Positions 30,861 through 41,099 of a stretch of 64,000 nt of DNA are shown piece by piece (position 1 is the first letter of the stretch; every line of letters begins with the position of its first letter). The translations under genes were made by a program, and so were the position numbers. Under the pieces are notes generated by a model. The model was not told where the DNA came from, made no database searches, and was given only the letters and a program-made list of their open reading frames with translations. Origin of the DNA: a phage; the sequence record PZ452610.1; one strand, given 5' to 3'.

Positions 30861-31475
30861 CTACTTAACGAAATTAATTTCTACCGGATGAACGACAGGT
30901 TGAGCAGTGATATATTGAGTAATTGCTTTCATGACTAGAGCTTCAGAACCAGGATTTTTCTCAACGAATTCACGTGCTTGGTTATGAGCTTCAAGTTCAC
31001 TTAGTAAACCACTTCGTTGGCATCCACGGTCTTGAGTACCCTGTTCAGATAAAAAGACGACGATGTATTTTTCATCGTCATACGGTTTAGACGGTTGAGC
31101 AAATGTTCCTTTACTTCCGAAAGGAGAGTTATGACGCCACATATCGCCGTGAGGAGTTTCAACCTTCGTATATTCGTGCGGGCCATTTTTCTTAATTTCT
31201 TGATGTGGAACTTCATAGATCTTAGGGTTAGGACATTCAATAAAATGCTCATCTAAATCAGTCGAGAATATTAAAGTAAAACAATTACTGAATTTACCGA
31301 CACCTGCCTGATAAATTTTACCTTCAGAAGTTCTAATTTCACAAACTGAGCCGGCATCAGTAACTTCTAAAACTTCAAAAGGCTCGATAAGGTCATATGA
31401 GAACATGTTTTTAAGGCGTGGAGTAATATCCCCATTTTTAAAATTCATTTTATAAAAAGTATTAACTTTAAACAT
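30861..31475 (-). CDS. hypothetical protein (204 aa)
   Basis: ORF with SD GAGGA; intercistronic hairpin upstream (31487-31504). Confidence 0.5.
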   Translation of the reverse strand: MFKVNTFYKMNFKNGDITPRLKNMFSYDLIEPFEVLEVTDAGSVCEIRTSEGKIYQAGVGKFSNCFTLIFSTDLDEHFIECPNPKIYEVPHQEIKKNGPHEYTKVETPHGDMWRHNSPFGSKGTFAQPSKPYDDEKYIVVFLSEQGTQDRGCQRSGLLSELEAHNQAREFVEKNPGSEALVMKAITQYITAQPVVHPVEINFVK

Positions 31476-31510
31476 AATTTCCTCAGTGGGAGCCGAAGCT
31501 CCCAGTTAAA

Positions 31511-31876
31511 TTAGATATCAAATTCATTAAGAACTACATCAAAGATTGCTTCAAGATGTTCAGGTTTAGCTCGATGACTCAGGATATGACGAATCCAAGT
31601 TTTAACCAGAAGTTCACGATTATCACCATTCCAGCAAGGATGAGTACCTAAATCGCGCTGACGGAAATCATCATCTAATGCAATTTTAAAATTTGAACCT
31701 TCCATCGTGATTGAAACCGTGATGCCATTTTCAAATCGCATATAAACGTAATTAGGAGTCATGCACTGTTCGATTTCACAAACTGTACCGTTTTCGTGTT
31801 TCCATAAGCAAATAACTTCAGAAGAACCAGCGATACCGTTAGAAACATATTTACGTTCGAAGTTGATGTAGTTCAT
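31511..31876 (-). CDS. hypothetical protein (121 aa), paralog of the next ORF
   Basis: ORF with SD GGAGAA and early promoter at 31918-31946; shares a CMTP-containing motif with the 122-aa ORF. Confidence 0.5.
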   Translation of the reverse strand: MNYINFERKYVSNGIAGSSEVICLWKHENGTVCEIEQCMTPNYVYMRFENGITVSITMEGSNFKIALDDDFRQRDLGTHPCWNGDNRELLVKTWIRHILSHRAKPEHLEAIFDVVLNEFDI

Positions 31877-31917
31877 TTTATTCTCCGGATGTTTAAGTTG
31901 TTTGTTGGTACAGGTCT

Positions 31918-31946
31918 ATAATAACATAACCTGTACCAAAGTAAAC
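31918..31946 (-). promoter_or_regulatory. early promoter for the 121-aa ORF
   Basis: GTTTAC, 17 nt, TATTAT on minus strand; same family. Confidence 0.5.
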
Positions 31947-31950
31947 TGTT

Positions 31951-32319
31951 TTATGCAACTTTAATCCAATTGTCTAAATTTAAAACACCTTTGGCTTTCA
32001 TTTTTTCGATCAGGTTATCTGCTGTAATGCGTCCATTTTGATACCATGTAACATCTTCAGAGTAACCAGTTTCTTCGTCAACATATGTTTCTGAACGAAT
32101 TTTACCGGTAATAATAGTTTTTAATTCGTATGTGTCACCTGTGAAAAAGTTTGCTAACACAATTTTCCAAGAGAAATCATTTGAAGGACCTTCAGGGGTC
32201 ATACAACTTACGAACTCAAATTGCTCTTTGTATAACATCCACTGGAATTCTTTAATTTCGATAGCTTTATAACCGTCGTGGTCTTTACATTTGATGTATG
32301 AGTTCAGATTGATTTTCAT
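31951..32319 (-). CDS. hypothetical protein (122 aa)
   Basis: ORF with SD GGAGAA and early promoter at 32361-32389. Confidence 0.5.
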   Translation of the reverse strand: MKINLNSYIKCKDHDGYKAIEIKEFQWMLYKEQFEFVSCMTPEGPSNDFSWKIVLANFFTGDTYELKTIITGKIRSETYVDEETGYSEDVTWYQNGRITADNLIEKMKAKGVLNLDNWIKVA

Positions 32320-32360
32320 TTTATTCTCCGGTTGTTTTATTGATTAGGTGGTACAAGTCT

Positions 32361-32389
32361 ATAGTAACACATCCTACAGGAGAGTAAAC
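32361..32389 (-). promoter_or_regulatory. early promoter for the 122-aa ORF
   Basis: GTTTAC, 17 nt, TACTAT on minus strand; same family. Confidence 0.55.
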
Positions 32390-32420
32390 ATCTTTTTAAT
32401 CTTTTTCTGCCCTAAACGCA

Positions 32421-32443
32421 CAAAAGGGAGACCGAAGTCTCCC
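32421..32443 (-). terminator. intrinsic terminator after the 59-aa basic ORF
   Basis: GGGAGAC-UUCG-GUCUCCC hairpin followed by UUUUG on the minus strand. Confidence 0.65.
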
Positions 32444-32448
32444 TAAAA

Positions 32449-32628
32449 TTATGCAACAACCTTTCCAAAACGAGAAGCATCATCTCGAAGAACTGCACGT
32501 GCTCTGCGCATGATCTTCTCAACTGTTTGATTAATACGAGAGTTCGACCCACGCTTGTATCCAGCGCGTTTAGAGGTACCATCAACTTTCTTTTCAACTG
32601 CTTTCTTTGCTTTAGCTTGTTTTGCCAT
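32449..32628 (-). CDS. hypothetical small, highly basic protein (59 aa)
   Basis: Found by manual translation (MAKQAKAKKAVEKKVDGTSKRAGYKRGSNSRINQ...); not in the ORF track (<60 aa); strong terminator 6 nt after its stop; weak SD. Confidence 0.4.
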   Translation of the reverse strand: MAKQAKAKKAVEKKVDGTSKRAGYKRGSNSRINQTVEKIMRRARAVLRDDASRFGKVVA

Positions 32629-32896
32629 TATAAATTCTCTTTAAATGAAAATGCAGGACTTATTGACATTGCCTGCGCAAGCCCTCAAGGGGAACATAGG
32701 TTTTGGATATTTAACGACAGGATAACCATAAACCCGTCATCATACCAACCACGACTTAGACAGATAACCTTTTTCTGACGCGTGATAGTACAAAATACAT
32801 TCAAGAGGTACACCGTAAAATTGTCGGGGCGGTACTTCTAAAACATACCGATTCGCAAATCGATAATCAGACAATTCGACGGCTCCTCGATTTAAC

Positions 32897-33145
32897 TTAC
32901 TTCAGGGTAATAATAAAATGACGTACTGCTTTACGAGCTGCTGAAGCCAGAGGCTTAGCATATTTCAGTTCATCTTTTGCTTCCAGTTCAGCAGCCAGAG
33001 TAGCCTGAGCAGGATTCAGATGTTTGAAATATCGCAGGATTTCCAGTGCTTCGGCTTCAACATCAATTGAAGCGCCGTAGTTTTCGTGACCGTTATTCCA
33101 TGCGTTGCGTTGCAGTTCAAGAGCGTGTTGTAATTGTTTAATCAT
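32897..33145 (-). CDS. rIII: RIII lysis-inhibition accessory protein
   Basis: 82-aa ORF, sequence recognisably T4 RIII (MIKQLQHALELQRNAWNNGHENYG...). Confidence 0.9.
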   Translation of the reverse strand: MIKQLQHALELQRNAWNNGHENYGASIDVEAEALEILRYFKHLNPAQATLAAELEAKDELKYAKPLASAARKAVRHFIITLK

Positions 33146-33261
33146 TTTAAATTCTCAATTCGAGATAATATTTAGTAGCCACGTTCGTCTGAATTTCACC
33201 TTCTTTCGACAGGTCTCTCAGTTGTAGGCTACCGCTTAGAAGAGTGTTCTCTTCATATAGT

Positions 33262-33269
33262 TATTTATA
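33262..33269 (-). promoter_or_regulatory. candidate late promoter (minus strand) upstream of rIII
   Basis: Minus-strand TATAAATA at the 3' end of gene 31, about 115 nt upstream of the rIII ATG. Confidence 0.4.
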
Positions 33270-33602
33270 TCACTTATAAAGACACGGAATAGCTTTATAG
33301 TGGCATGTTACGAATTTCTGTTTAATTTCTTTAGGTTGTTTAAGTCCCAAAGCCACAAATGGATGTGGAACATTTCGAATTTGTCCAACTGGTAGTGGAG
33401 TCAAATCACCGACTTCAACAAAACCTTCAGGAACATCAGGACCTACAGAATGAACTACACATAGTTCAGGAACTTCACCTTGAACACGTTTACCGATCAC
33501 AAGTCCTGATTCGGTAACTTCTTCATCACCTGCTTGAGCGGGTTCAGAAACCAGAATGACATATTCACCAACAGCACGAATTGGGAGTTGTACTTCAGAC
33601 AT
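33270..33602 (-). CDS. 31: co-chaperonin gp31 (GroES analogue)
   Basis: 110-aa ORF, sequence recognisably T4 gp31 ([28 protein letters not shown]...). Confidence 0.93.
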   Translation of the reverse strand: MSEVQLPIRAVGEYVILVSEPAQAGDEEVTESGLVIGKRVQGEVPELCVVHSVGPDVPEGFVEVGDLTPLPVGQIRNVPHPFVALGLKQPKEIKQKFVTCHYKAIPCLYK

Positions 33603-33659
33603 CTTATTTCCTTGTTGTTTGACGATAGATTAATAATACCATACTATTCGTAAAGCATA

Positions 33660-33968
33660 TTACATAAGAAGCAAACGTTCTACCGGAGTACCATCAACCG
33701 AAATTACTTTATCAAGGCGGAAAGAACGCCACTGGCCTAACTTGGTATCGAATGCTCGAACTGATTCACGAGGTTCAGAACGAACTTCTGTTGCCGGATT
33801 GTTATTTTCATATTTGACTTCAAGTTCATCACGCGAAGCAAACATAGTGCGTACCTCGCCGTTAGCCTTTTCAAATACAACACAATGAACGCCTACAGAC
33901 AGAATAGTTTTAATACGTTCACGAAGAACCATAGTTTCTTGTTCAGTTAAAATCATATTATTCACCAC
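33660..33968 (-). CDS. hypothetical protein (102 aa; 31.1 position)
   Basis: ORF overlapping the cd start by 11 nt. Confidence 0.5.
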   Translation of the reverse strand: MVNNMILTEQETMVLRERIKTILSVGVHCVVFEKANGEVRTMFASRDELEVKYENNNPATEVRSEPRESVRAFDTKLGQWRSFRLDKVISVDGTPVERLLLM

Positions 33969-34539
33969 AAAAGTTTCGGATTTGTTCCCAATTCAGAGAA
34001 CGAAGATTATTACGAGAGTACTGAATTACTTCAATACCGGCTTGTTTTAGAATGTCTGCCCAATTTTCAGGAGATCTGTCATATAATTCTGCGTATACAA
34101 CCTTTTTAATACCTGACTGTGTAATAGCTTTAGTGCAATCAGGACATGGAGAAAGTGTCGTATACAACGTAGCACCTTCAATAGAATTACCTTTACGAGC
34201 TGCAAACAAAATTGCATTCAGTTCCGCATGGATTTCGTTATTAGCGGACCATGCACTATGAGCAGCCCGATGTTCTTTAGCCAAAACAAAATTATCCACC
34301 CGTCCAAATGCTGTAGTGCCTTCTTTATGCCCAGCAACGATGACCGGGCTTGGTTTATTCTTCAACCAACCGTTTTCGGATGCATGTTCACAACAGTTAA
34401 CACCACCGGCCGGGCTACCGTTATACCCAGTAGAGATAATGCGTCCATCTTTTTCAATGACGGCACCAACTTTCCATGAACAACATTTTGATTCTTGAGA
34501 AATCAAATAAGCAATTTGAAGATATGTGCTAGCTTTCAT
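33958..34539 (-). CDS. cd: dCMP deaminase
   Basis: 193-aa ORF with cytidine/dCMP deaminase zinc motifs (HAELNAI ... PCPDCTKAI); T4 cd length. Confidence 0.92.
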   Translation of the reverse strand: MKASTYLQIAYLISQESKCCSWKVGAVIEKDGRIISTGYNGSPAGGVNCCEHASENGWLKNKPSPVIVAGHKEGTTAFGRVDNFVLAKEHRAAHSAWSANNEIHAELNAILFAARKGNSIEGATLYTTLSPCPDCTKAITQSGIKKVVYAELYDRSPENWADILKQAGIEVIQYSRNNLRSLNWEQIRNFCGE

Positions 34540-35531
34540 TATTGAACCTTATTAATATAAGTTAACAGCTCTTTAGTTTGTTCCCAACTGATGCACGCAT
34601 CGGTAACGGAAACGCCATAGGACATATTATCAGAAATTTTTTGATTTCCTTCATGTAGGAATGATTCTATCATAATTCCTTTGACCAAATCATTAGCTGC
34701 TAAATTTTTACCAATACCAATTTGATTGCTATAATGCCCATCAGCGTTTGCATGGCTACAGTCAACCATTACATAATGATTCAGACCTACTGCCCTTGCT
34801 TTGTTAGAAGCTTCTTGAATATCAGAAGAATGATAGTTCGGGCCGTTGGTCCCGCCACGCAATACGATATGCGTATTCTGATTACCTTCAGCTTCAACAA
34901 TGCCTACAGTACCATCGACGTCCATACCCATATACCGATGAGGCCAGGCGGCACTATACATCGCGTCTGTAGCTACTTTAATAGAACCATTGGTTGCGTT
35001 CTTGAAGCCTACGCACATCGGTAGACCTGAAGCAATTTCACGATGTGTCTGACTTTCAGTCGTACGGGCGCCAATAGCAACCCATGAGAAAATACCAGAA
35101 AGATACTTAATCGTGAATGGGTCTAATACTTCAGTTGCTAATGGAAGTCCCATACGTAGAAGTTTACGACACAATGTTCGTGCAACTATAAGACCGTGGT
35201 TCATATCAAAACTTCCGTCAAGATATGGATCATTTACAAGACCTTTCCAACCTACGGTAGTTCGAGGCTTTTCAAAATAAACGCGCATCACTAACAGAAC
35301 ATTAGGAAGACGAGTTTGAAGTTCAGCCAGACGTTTGCCGTATTCAACAGCAGCAATAGGGTCATGAATTGAACAAGGACCTACAACAATAAGTTTGCGT
35401 GGGTCTTCACCGTTCATAATCGAATTAACTTGTTCGCGATGAGAAGCCACTTGTGATGCGTAAGCTTCCGACAAAGGAATAATCTCAGCCAGTTCTTTTG
35501 GAGAAATAAGTTTTCCGACGACAGGTAACAT
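34539..35531 (-). CDS. 3-deoxy-D-arabino-heptulosonate-7-phosphate (DAHP) synthase, class I-alpha (AroG/F/H-like)
   Basis: 330-aa ORF with the conserved blocks of E. coli AroG-type enzymes (GPCSIHD, EKPRTTVGWKG, IGARTTESQ, VDCSHAN, ESFLHEGNQ, TDACISWE); TAATG overlap with cd; SD AAGGA. Confidence 0.88.
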   Translation of the reverse strand: MLPVVGKLISPKELAEIIPLSEAYASQVASHREQVNSIMNGEDPRKLIVVGPCSIHDPIAAVEYGKRLAELQTRLPNVLLVMRVYFEKPRTTVGWKGLVNDPYLDGSFDMNHGLIVARTLCRKLLRMGLPLATEVLDPFTIKYLSGIFSWVAIGARTTESQTHREIASGLPMCVGFKNATNGSIKVATDAMYSAAWPHRYMGMDVDGTVGIVEAEGNQNTHIVLRGGTNGPNYHSSDIQEASNKARAVGLNHYVMVDCSHANADGHYSNQIGIGKNLAANDLVKGIMIESFLHEGNQKISDNMSYGVSVTDACISWEQTKELLTYINKVQ

Positions 35532-35651
35532 AACAATCCTTAGGAGATATAAACAGATTCTGATTCAACAATACCTTTAACCGGATTAGACAGGCTAAGT
35601 TGGTAGTGCTCAGATTTATGACCATTCTCGATAGTAATGAGATAGCTCTCA

Positions 35652-35888
35652 TTATAGTGTTCCATATACTCGAGTTGCTTCAACAAGACCATCACTGCCT
35701 AATTTAAGATTAGTAATTTGGTCACCATCTTTAGGATTAACGATTATGAGAAAAGAACGTGGAGATTCTTGAATAACTCGTAATGTTGCATCTTGGAAAC
35801 GTTCAGACACTTTATTGATGAGTGCTTGAGCAAATTCTTTTACTTTAATCTGAAATTCGTGTACTGTAATTGGGTTTTCACTTAGCAT
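35652..35888 (-). CDS. hypothetical protein (78 aa)
   Basis: ORF with SD GAGGAA and early promoter at 35917-35946. Confidence 0.45.
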   Translation of the reverse strand: MLSENPITVHEFQIKVKEFAQALINKVSERFQDATLRVIQESPRSFLIIVNPKDGDQITNLKLGSDGLVEATRVYGTL

Positions 35889-35916
35889 TTCTATTTCCTC
35901 ATTTGTTGGTAGAGTT

Positions 35917-35946
35917 ATAGTATCACAACTCCACCATGTTGTAAAC
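35917..35946 (-). promoter_or_regulatory. early promoter for the cd-pseT accessory block
   Basis: GTTTAC, 18 nt, TACTAT on minus strand; same family. Confidence 0.55.
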
Positions 35947-35948
35947 CA

Positions 35949-36224
35949 TTAAATTGCTTTGCATTCAATTTTTTGTGTACCGAAATTGATATCACACTGG
36001 ATAACTAAATCGCCGTCAAGATCAAATACCACTATGACGTGTGCAGACCCAGGGAGAAGAGTAATAGCAATAGAATCTACTTGGTCTGGGAGCAAAGCAT
36101 TGAGTACATGAGTTAGTTGAGCATGAACTCTGAGTTCGGCTGCATTATCAAGCACTTCAAACATATTATTAGCAATAATCTGACTGAAGACTACCTTTAC
36201 AATTTCAGAATAAGTTGGGAACAT
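35949..36224 (-). CDS. hypothetical protein (91 aa)
   Basis: ORF in the cd-pseT accessory block. Confidence 0.45.
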   Translation of the reverse strand: MFPTYSEIVKVVFSQIIANNMFEVLDNAAELRVHAQLTHVLNALLPDQVDSIAITLLPGSAHVIVVFDLDGDLVIQCDINFGTQKIECKAI

Positions 36225-36231
36225 AATTACC

Positions 36232-36456
36232 TCAGTGTACAGTATTTACTTTAACTCGAACAACAAATCGCTCGGTCGGTTCACCTACAGGAACAAACTC
36301 TACATGATATTCACCTTTGTAACGAGTATTCAGATCATTACGAATTCCTGCGAGTTTGTTGATTAATGTAGGACTCATATTAAGTCCCACTAGTTTACGA
36401 AGCATTTTGTATGCTTCATCTTCGATTTCATGATGTTTATCGTACATAGTTTTCAT
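36232..36456 (-). CDS. hypothetical protein (74 aa)
   Basis: ORF in the cd-pseT accessory block. Confidence 0.45.
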   Translation of the reverse strand: MKTMYDKHHEIEDEAYKMLRKLVGLNMSPTLINKLAGIRNDLNTRYKGEYHVEFVPVGEPTERFVVRVKVNTVH

Positions 36457-36627
36457 TTAACCATTCAATTGCCTGGTCGACGTTATCAAATATACCGCCG
36501 TCCAAACGTTCTTCATGCTCATAGTCCAGCACATCAATACCGAACTGTCCATTTACTAAAGGCCAGGCTACAAACAAATATTCTTTATGCTGTTCGATGG
36601 CCTCAATCACTTCATATAATCGTTTCA

Positions 36628-36628
<1 letters not shown>
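36437..36628 (-). CDS. hypothetical protein (63 aa)
   Basis: ORF with TAATG overlap to pseT. Confidence 0.45.
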
Positions 36629-37692
<1,064 letters not shown>

Positions 37693-37715
<23 letters not shown>

Positions 37716-38016
37716 TATTTATTCCTAAGAAAGTTTCAAGAATACGAATGTTATGCTCGCGCCGGTCTTTATTAATTTCAGCAACGTTTTTATTAATTGA
37801 CGTACTTCTAACGTTTGAAGAAATAAATTTAATCATATGACTTTTGAGTTGTTGCAAATCCAACCCTTTTTCTTTAGCAGCTTTACGAAGAGCTTTACCT
37901 GCTTCATCTAGGGCCTTTGCCGCATCTTTGTCATAATTGACAAGTGACGACGTTCCACGACAGATATCAATATACTCATCAGACCGTTTGATGTAATTCT
38001 CTAGTAATGTTTTCAT
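37693..38016 (-). CDS. hypothetical protein (107 aa)
   Basis: ORF with early promoter at 38045-38074. Confidence 0.45.
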
Positions 38017-38044
38017 TTAGATTTCCTCAATTATCCATAGGAGC

Positions 38045-38074
38045 ATTATACTCTGCTCCCGAGAGTTTGTAAAC
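38045..38074 (-). promoter_or_regulatory. early promoter upstream of the 107-aa ORF
   Basis: GTTTAC, 18 nt, TATAAT on minus strand. Confidence 0.55.
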
Positions 38075-38298
38075 TATTTTACTAAAGATTCAATATACTC
38101 ATGAAGAGCTTTAGTCGCTACTGCCCACTTATTCTGATATTCATTTTTCAGATTAGCACGAGACTGAACTAACAAGCGGTCATTAGTCGGAGGCAAAGAT
38201 TCTAATCGTTGAATCTGGCGCCCATAAATCATAGCCGCCATTTCAGATTCATAGATAAGCCCTTTAATGTATTCATGCTGTTCTTTAGTCATTGGCAT
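38074..38298 (-). CDS. hypothetical protein (74 aa)
   Basis: ORF overlapping the lipoprotein ORF start. Confidence 0.45.
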   Translation of the reverse strand: MPMTKEQHEYIKGLIYESEMAAMIYGRQIQRLESLPPTNDRLLVQSRANLKNEYQNKWAVATKALHEYIESLVK

Positions 38299-38579
38299 TT
38301 TTCCTCTTTTAAACCACTACGATAATAACATAACATAGTCTTCTGGTCATGTATATATCTTTTTACGTCGTTTAACCAGATACGAAATTCTTGAGAGTCT
38401 TCAAATGGCATTCCAACCCATGGATTACCATCAATAACCTTTACTTGCCATTTCTGGTTATATTCAACAATAGATTCAGGCCATGGCGGATGTAAAGTTT
38501 CTTTAGGGCTTAAGGGCACATCCTGGGCACATCCAGCCAAAATGCCAATAGATAATACAACTGCGATTAATTTAATCAT
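38289..38579 (-). CDS. putative outer-membrane spanin (lipoprotein)
   Basis: 96-aa ORF with signal peptide and lipobox (LAGC); ATGA overlap with the preceding membrane/coiled-coil ORF. Confidence 0.65.
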   Translation of the reverse strand: MIKLIAVVLSIGILAGCAQDVPLSPKETLHPPWPESIVEYNQKWQVKVIDGNPWVGMPFEDSQEFRIWLNDVKRYIHDQKTMLCYYRSGLKEEKCQ

Positions 38580-38932
38580 TCTGAGAGCTTCCTGAGGTCT
38601 TCTGCAAAGGAATCGAAGGACCTGTTGATTTGTTTTTCGACCAATCCTGGTTTACTTGCCACCACGTTCTTCTTCTTCGAATCCTTACGGAGCTTTTCAT
38701 TTTCGGCCTTAAGTTGGTCAACTAAAACACGGTTCTTATAAGTCATTTCTTCGATTGACTGATATTGAACCTTGAAGTCGTCTAATACTTTAGCATTGTT
38801 TTTAGCGGTCTCTTTGACAGAAGCTAATTCAGTATTCAACGAATCAACTTTGTTGTTTAAGACAACTATTGTTACCGTAGAAACTAGAGCAAAAGCTGCT
38901 ACTATAGCGTAAATCGGATTTACTTTAAGCAT
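38576..38932 (-). CDS. putative inner-membrane spanin
   Basis: 118-aa ORF with N-terminal transmembrane helix followed by charged coiled-coil-like region; immediately upstream of the lipoprotein ORF. Confidence 0.65.
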   Translation of the reverse strand: MLKVNPIYAIVAAFALVSTVTIVVLNNKVDSLNTELASVKETAKNNAKVLDDFKVQYQSIEEMTYKNRVLVDQLKAENEKLRKDSKKKNVVASKPGLVEKQINRSFDSFAEDLRKLSE

Positions 38933-39420
38933 GTTTTAATAATCCCAATGATTTCATCTCGGGATAATCCATTGATAAGAACGGTTTTCAAACCATCGCA
39001 CTGGATTTTGTATGATTCAAACAATACACACAACTCTTCTGCTGTATGATATGGACTTGAGATTCCGAGACGGTTGAATTTGTCGGTAAGAGGGTCGCAA
39101 ATAATGTAGAATTTTATACCTGCGATATGTACGTTTGGTTGACTAATATTAATGAACACATTAGCGTCATATTTAGTCAAATTGTTTTGAAGAAATTCTA
39201 CCATGGCATTAACTGCTTCCGGCATTGCTTCACGTTTCTCTTCGGTGTAACGTGTTGAATATTCCTTTTGCTTTAACTTCTTTTTAGCATTTTTCGCTAG
39301 AGTAGTACGAAGGTCCGTAAGATAACCAACTGCACGGCCTTTCTTAAAGACCCGGATTCCATCTGTAGAATCACCAAATGCTGCCACAACCATATCGTTA
39401 GTAATCAATTGCATATTCAT
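38920..39420 (-). CDS. alc: Alc (host transcription shutoff) -like protein
   Basis: 166-aa ORF between spanins and rnlA as in T4; early promoter at 39451-39480; identity is positional plus partial sequence recall. Confidence 0.7.
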   Translation of the reverse strand: MNMQLITNDMVVAAFGDSTDGIRVFKKGRAVGYLTDLRTTLAKNAKKKLKQKEYSTRYTEEKREAMPEAVNAMVEFLQNNLTKYDANVFINISQPNVHIAGIKFYIICDPLTDKFNRLGISSPYHTAEELCVLFESYKIQCDGLKTVLINGLSRDEIIGIIKTCLK

Positions 39421-39450
39421 AATTTTCTCCTCGTGTTATTGATAAAAGCC

Positions 39451-39480
39451 ATAGTAACACCATCCTTGGTGTTTGTAAAC
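39451..39480 (-). promoter_or_regulatory. early promoter for alc
   Basis: GTTTAC, 18 nt, TACTAT on minus strand. Confidence 0.55.
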
Positions 39481-39482
39481 CA

Positions 39483-40616
<1,134 letters not shown>

Positions 40617-40633
40617 TCAGTTAGTTTTTTTAA

Positions 40634-40663
40634 ATTGTACCACAATCCTTGTGGTATGTAAAC
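40634..40663 (-). promoter_or_regulatory. early promoter for rnlA
   Basis: GTTTAC, 18 nt, TACAAT on minus strand. Confidence 0.5.
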
Positions 40664-41073
40664 TACTTTTTCTTATGTTGGATATTCCAAGGCGGGTTGA
40701 ACTTTTTGATAAAAAGCGGTTCTTCAAGGTCCATTGTTGCGATGGTCATTGAACCAAGTTCGTTGGTGACTGAAAGGTCAAAACATTGGCGGGCCCAGAA
40801 TTCAACCTTTTTGCCTTGCATTAAGGCATCCAAAATCATAAGTGATTTTCTTGAATCTGAAGTCTGGTCTTTTCGATTTATGGCTGTTCGATAGTAGTTA
40901 ATGCGTTTCTTTAAATTCTTGGTTTTACCAATATACACAAGTTCGTCATCTATAGCAATAGCGTATATGACATTTTTCTTATTAGGGACATCAACTGTTT
41001 TAATTGTTGCATCTTCTAATAGCTCCAATTCTGTATATTTAATAAAGGAATATTCGGCGGCAATATCTTTCAT
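40663..41073 (-). CDS. denA: endonuclease II (DenA)
   Basis: 136-aa ORF with GIY-YIG-like block (YAIAIDDELVYIGKTKNLKKRINYY) matching T4 DenA. Confidence 0.88.
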   Translation of the reverse strand: MKDIAAEYSFIKYTELELLEDATIKTVDVPNKKNVIYAIAIDDELVYIGKTKNLKKRINYYRTAINRKDQTSDSRKSLMILDALMQGKKVEFWARQCFDLSVTNELGSMTIATMDLEEPLFIKKFNPPWNIQHKKK

Positions 41074-41081
41074 AATAAAGT

Positions 41082-41095
41082 GGGACCGAAGTCCC
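41082..41095 (-). promoter_or_regulatory. stem-loop between the Shine-Dalgarno sequence and the AUG of denA
   Basis: Minus strand reads UAAGGA-CGGGACUUCGGUCCC-ACUUUAUU-AUG; the SD overlaps the nrdB stop codon and lies 23 nt from the AUG unless the hairpin forms. Confidence 0.5.
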
Positions 41096-41099
41096 GTCC

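Noticed and set aside
32527-32778. 83-aa + strand ORF
   Set aside because: Low-complexity hydrophobic translation overlapping the minus-strand basic ORF and its terminator; no SD; the minus-strand reading is favoured.
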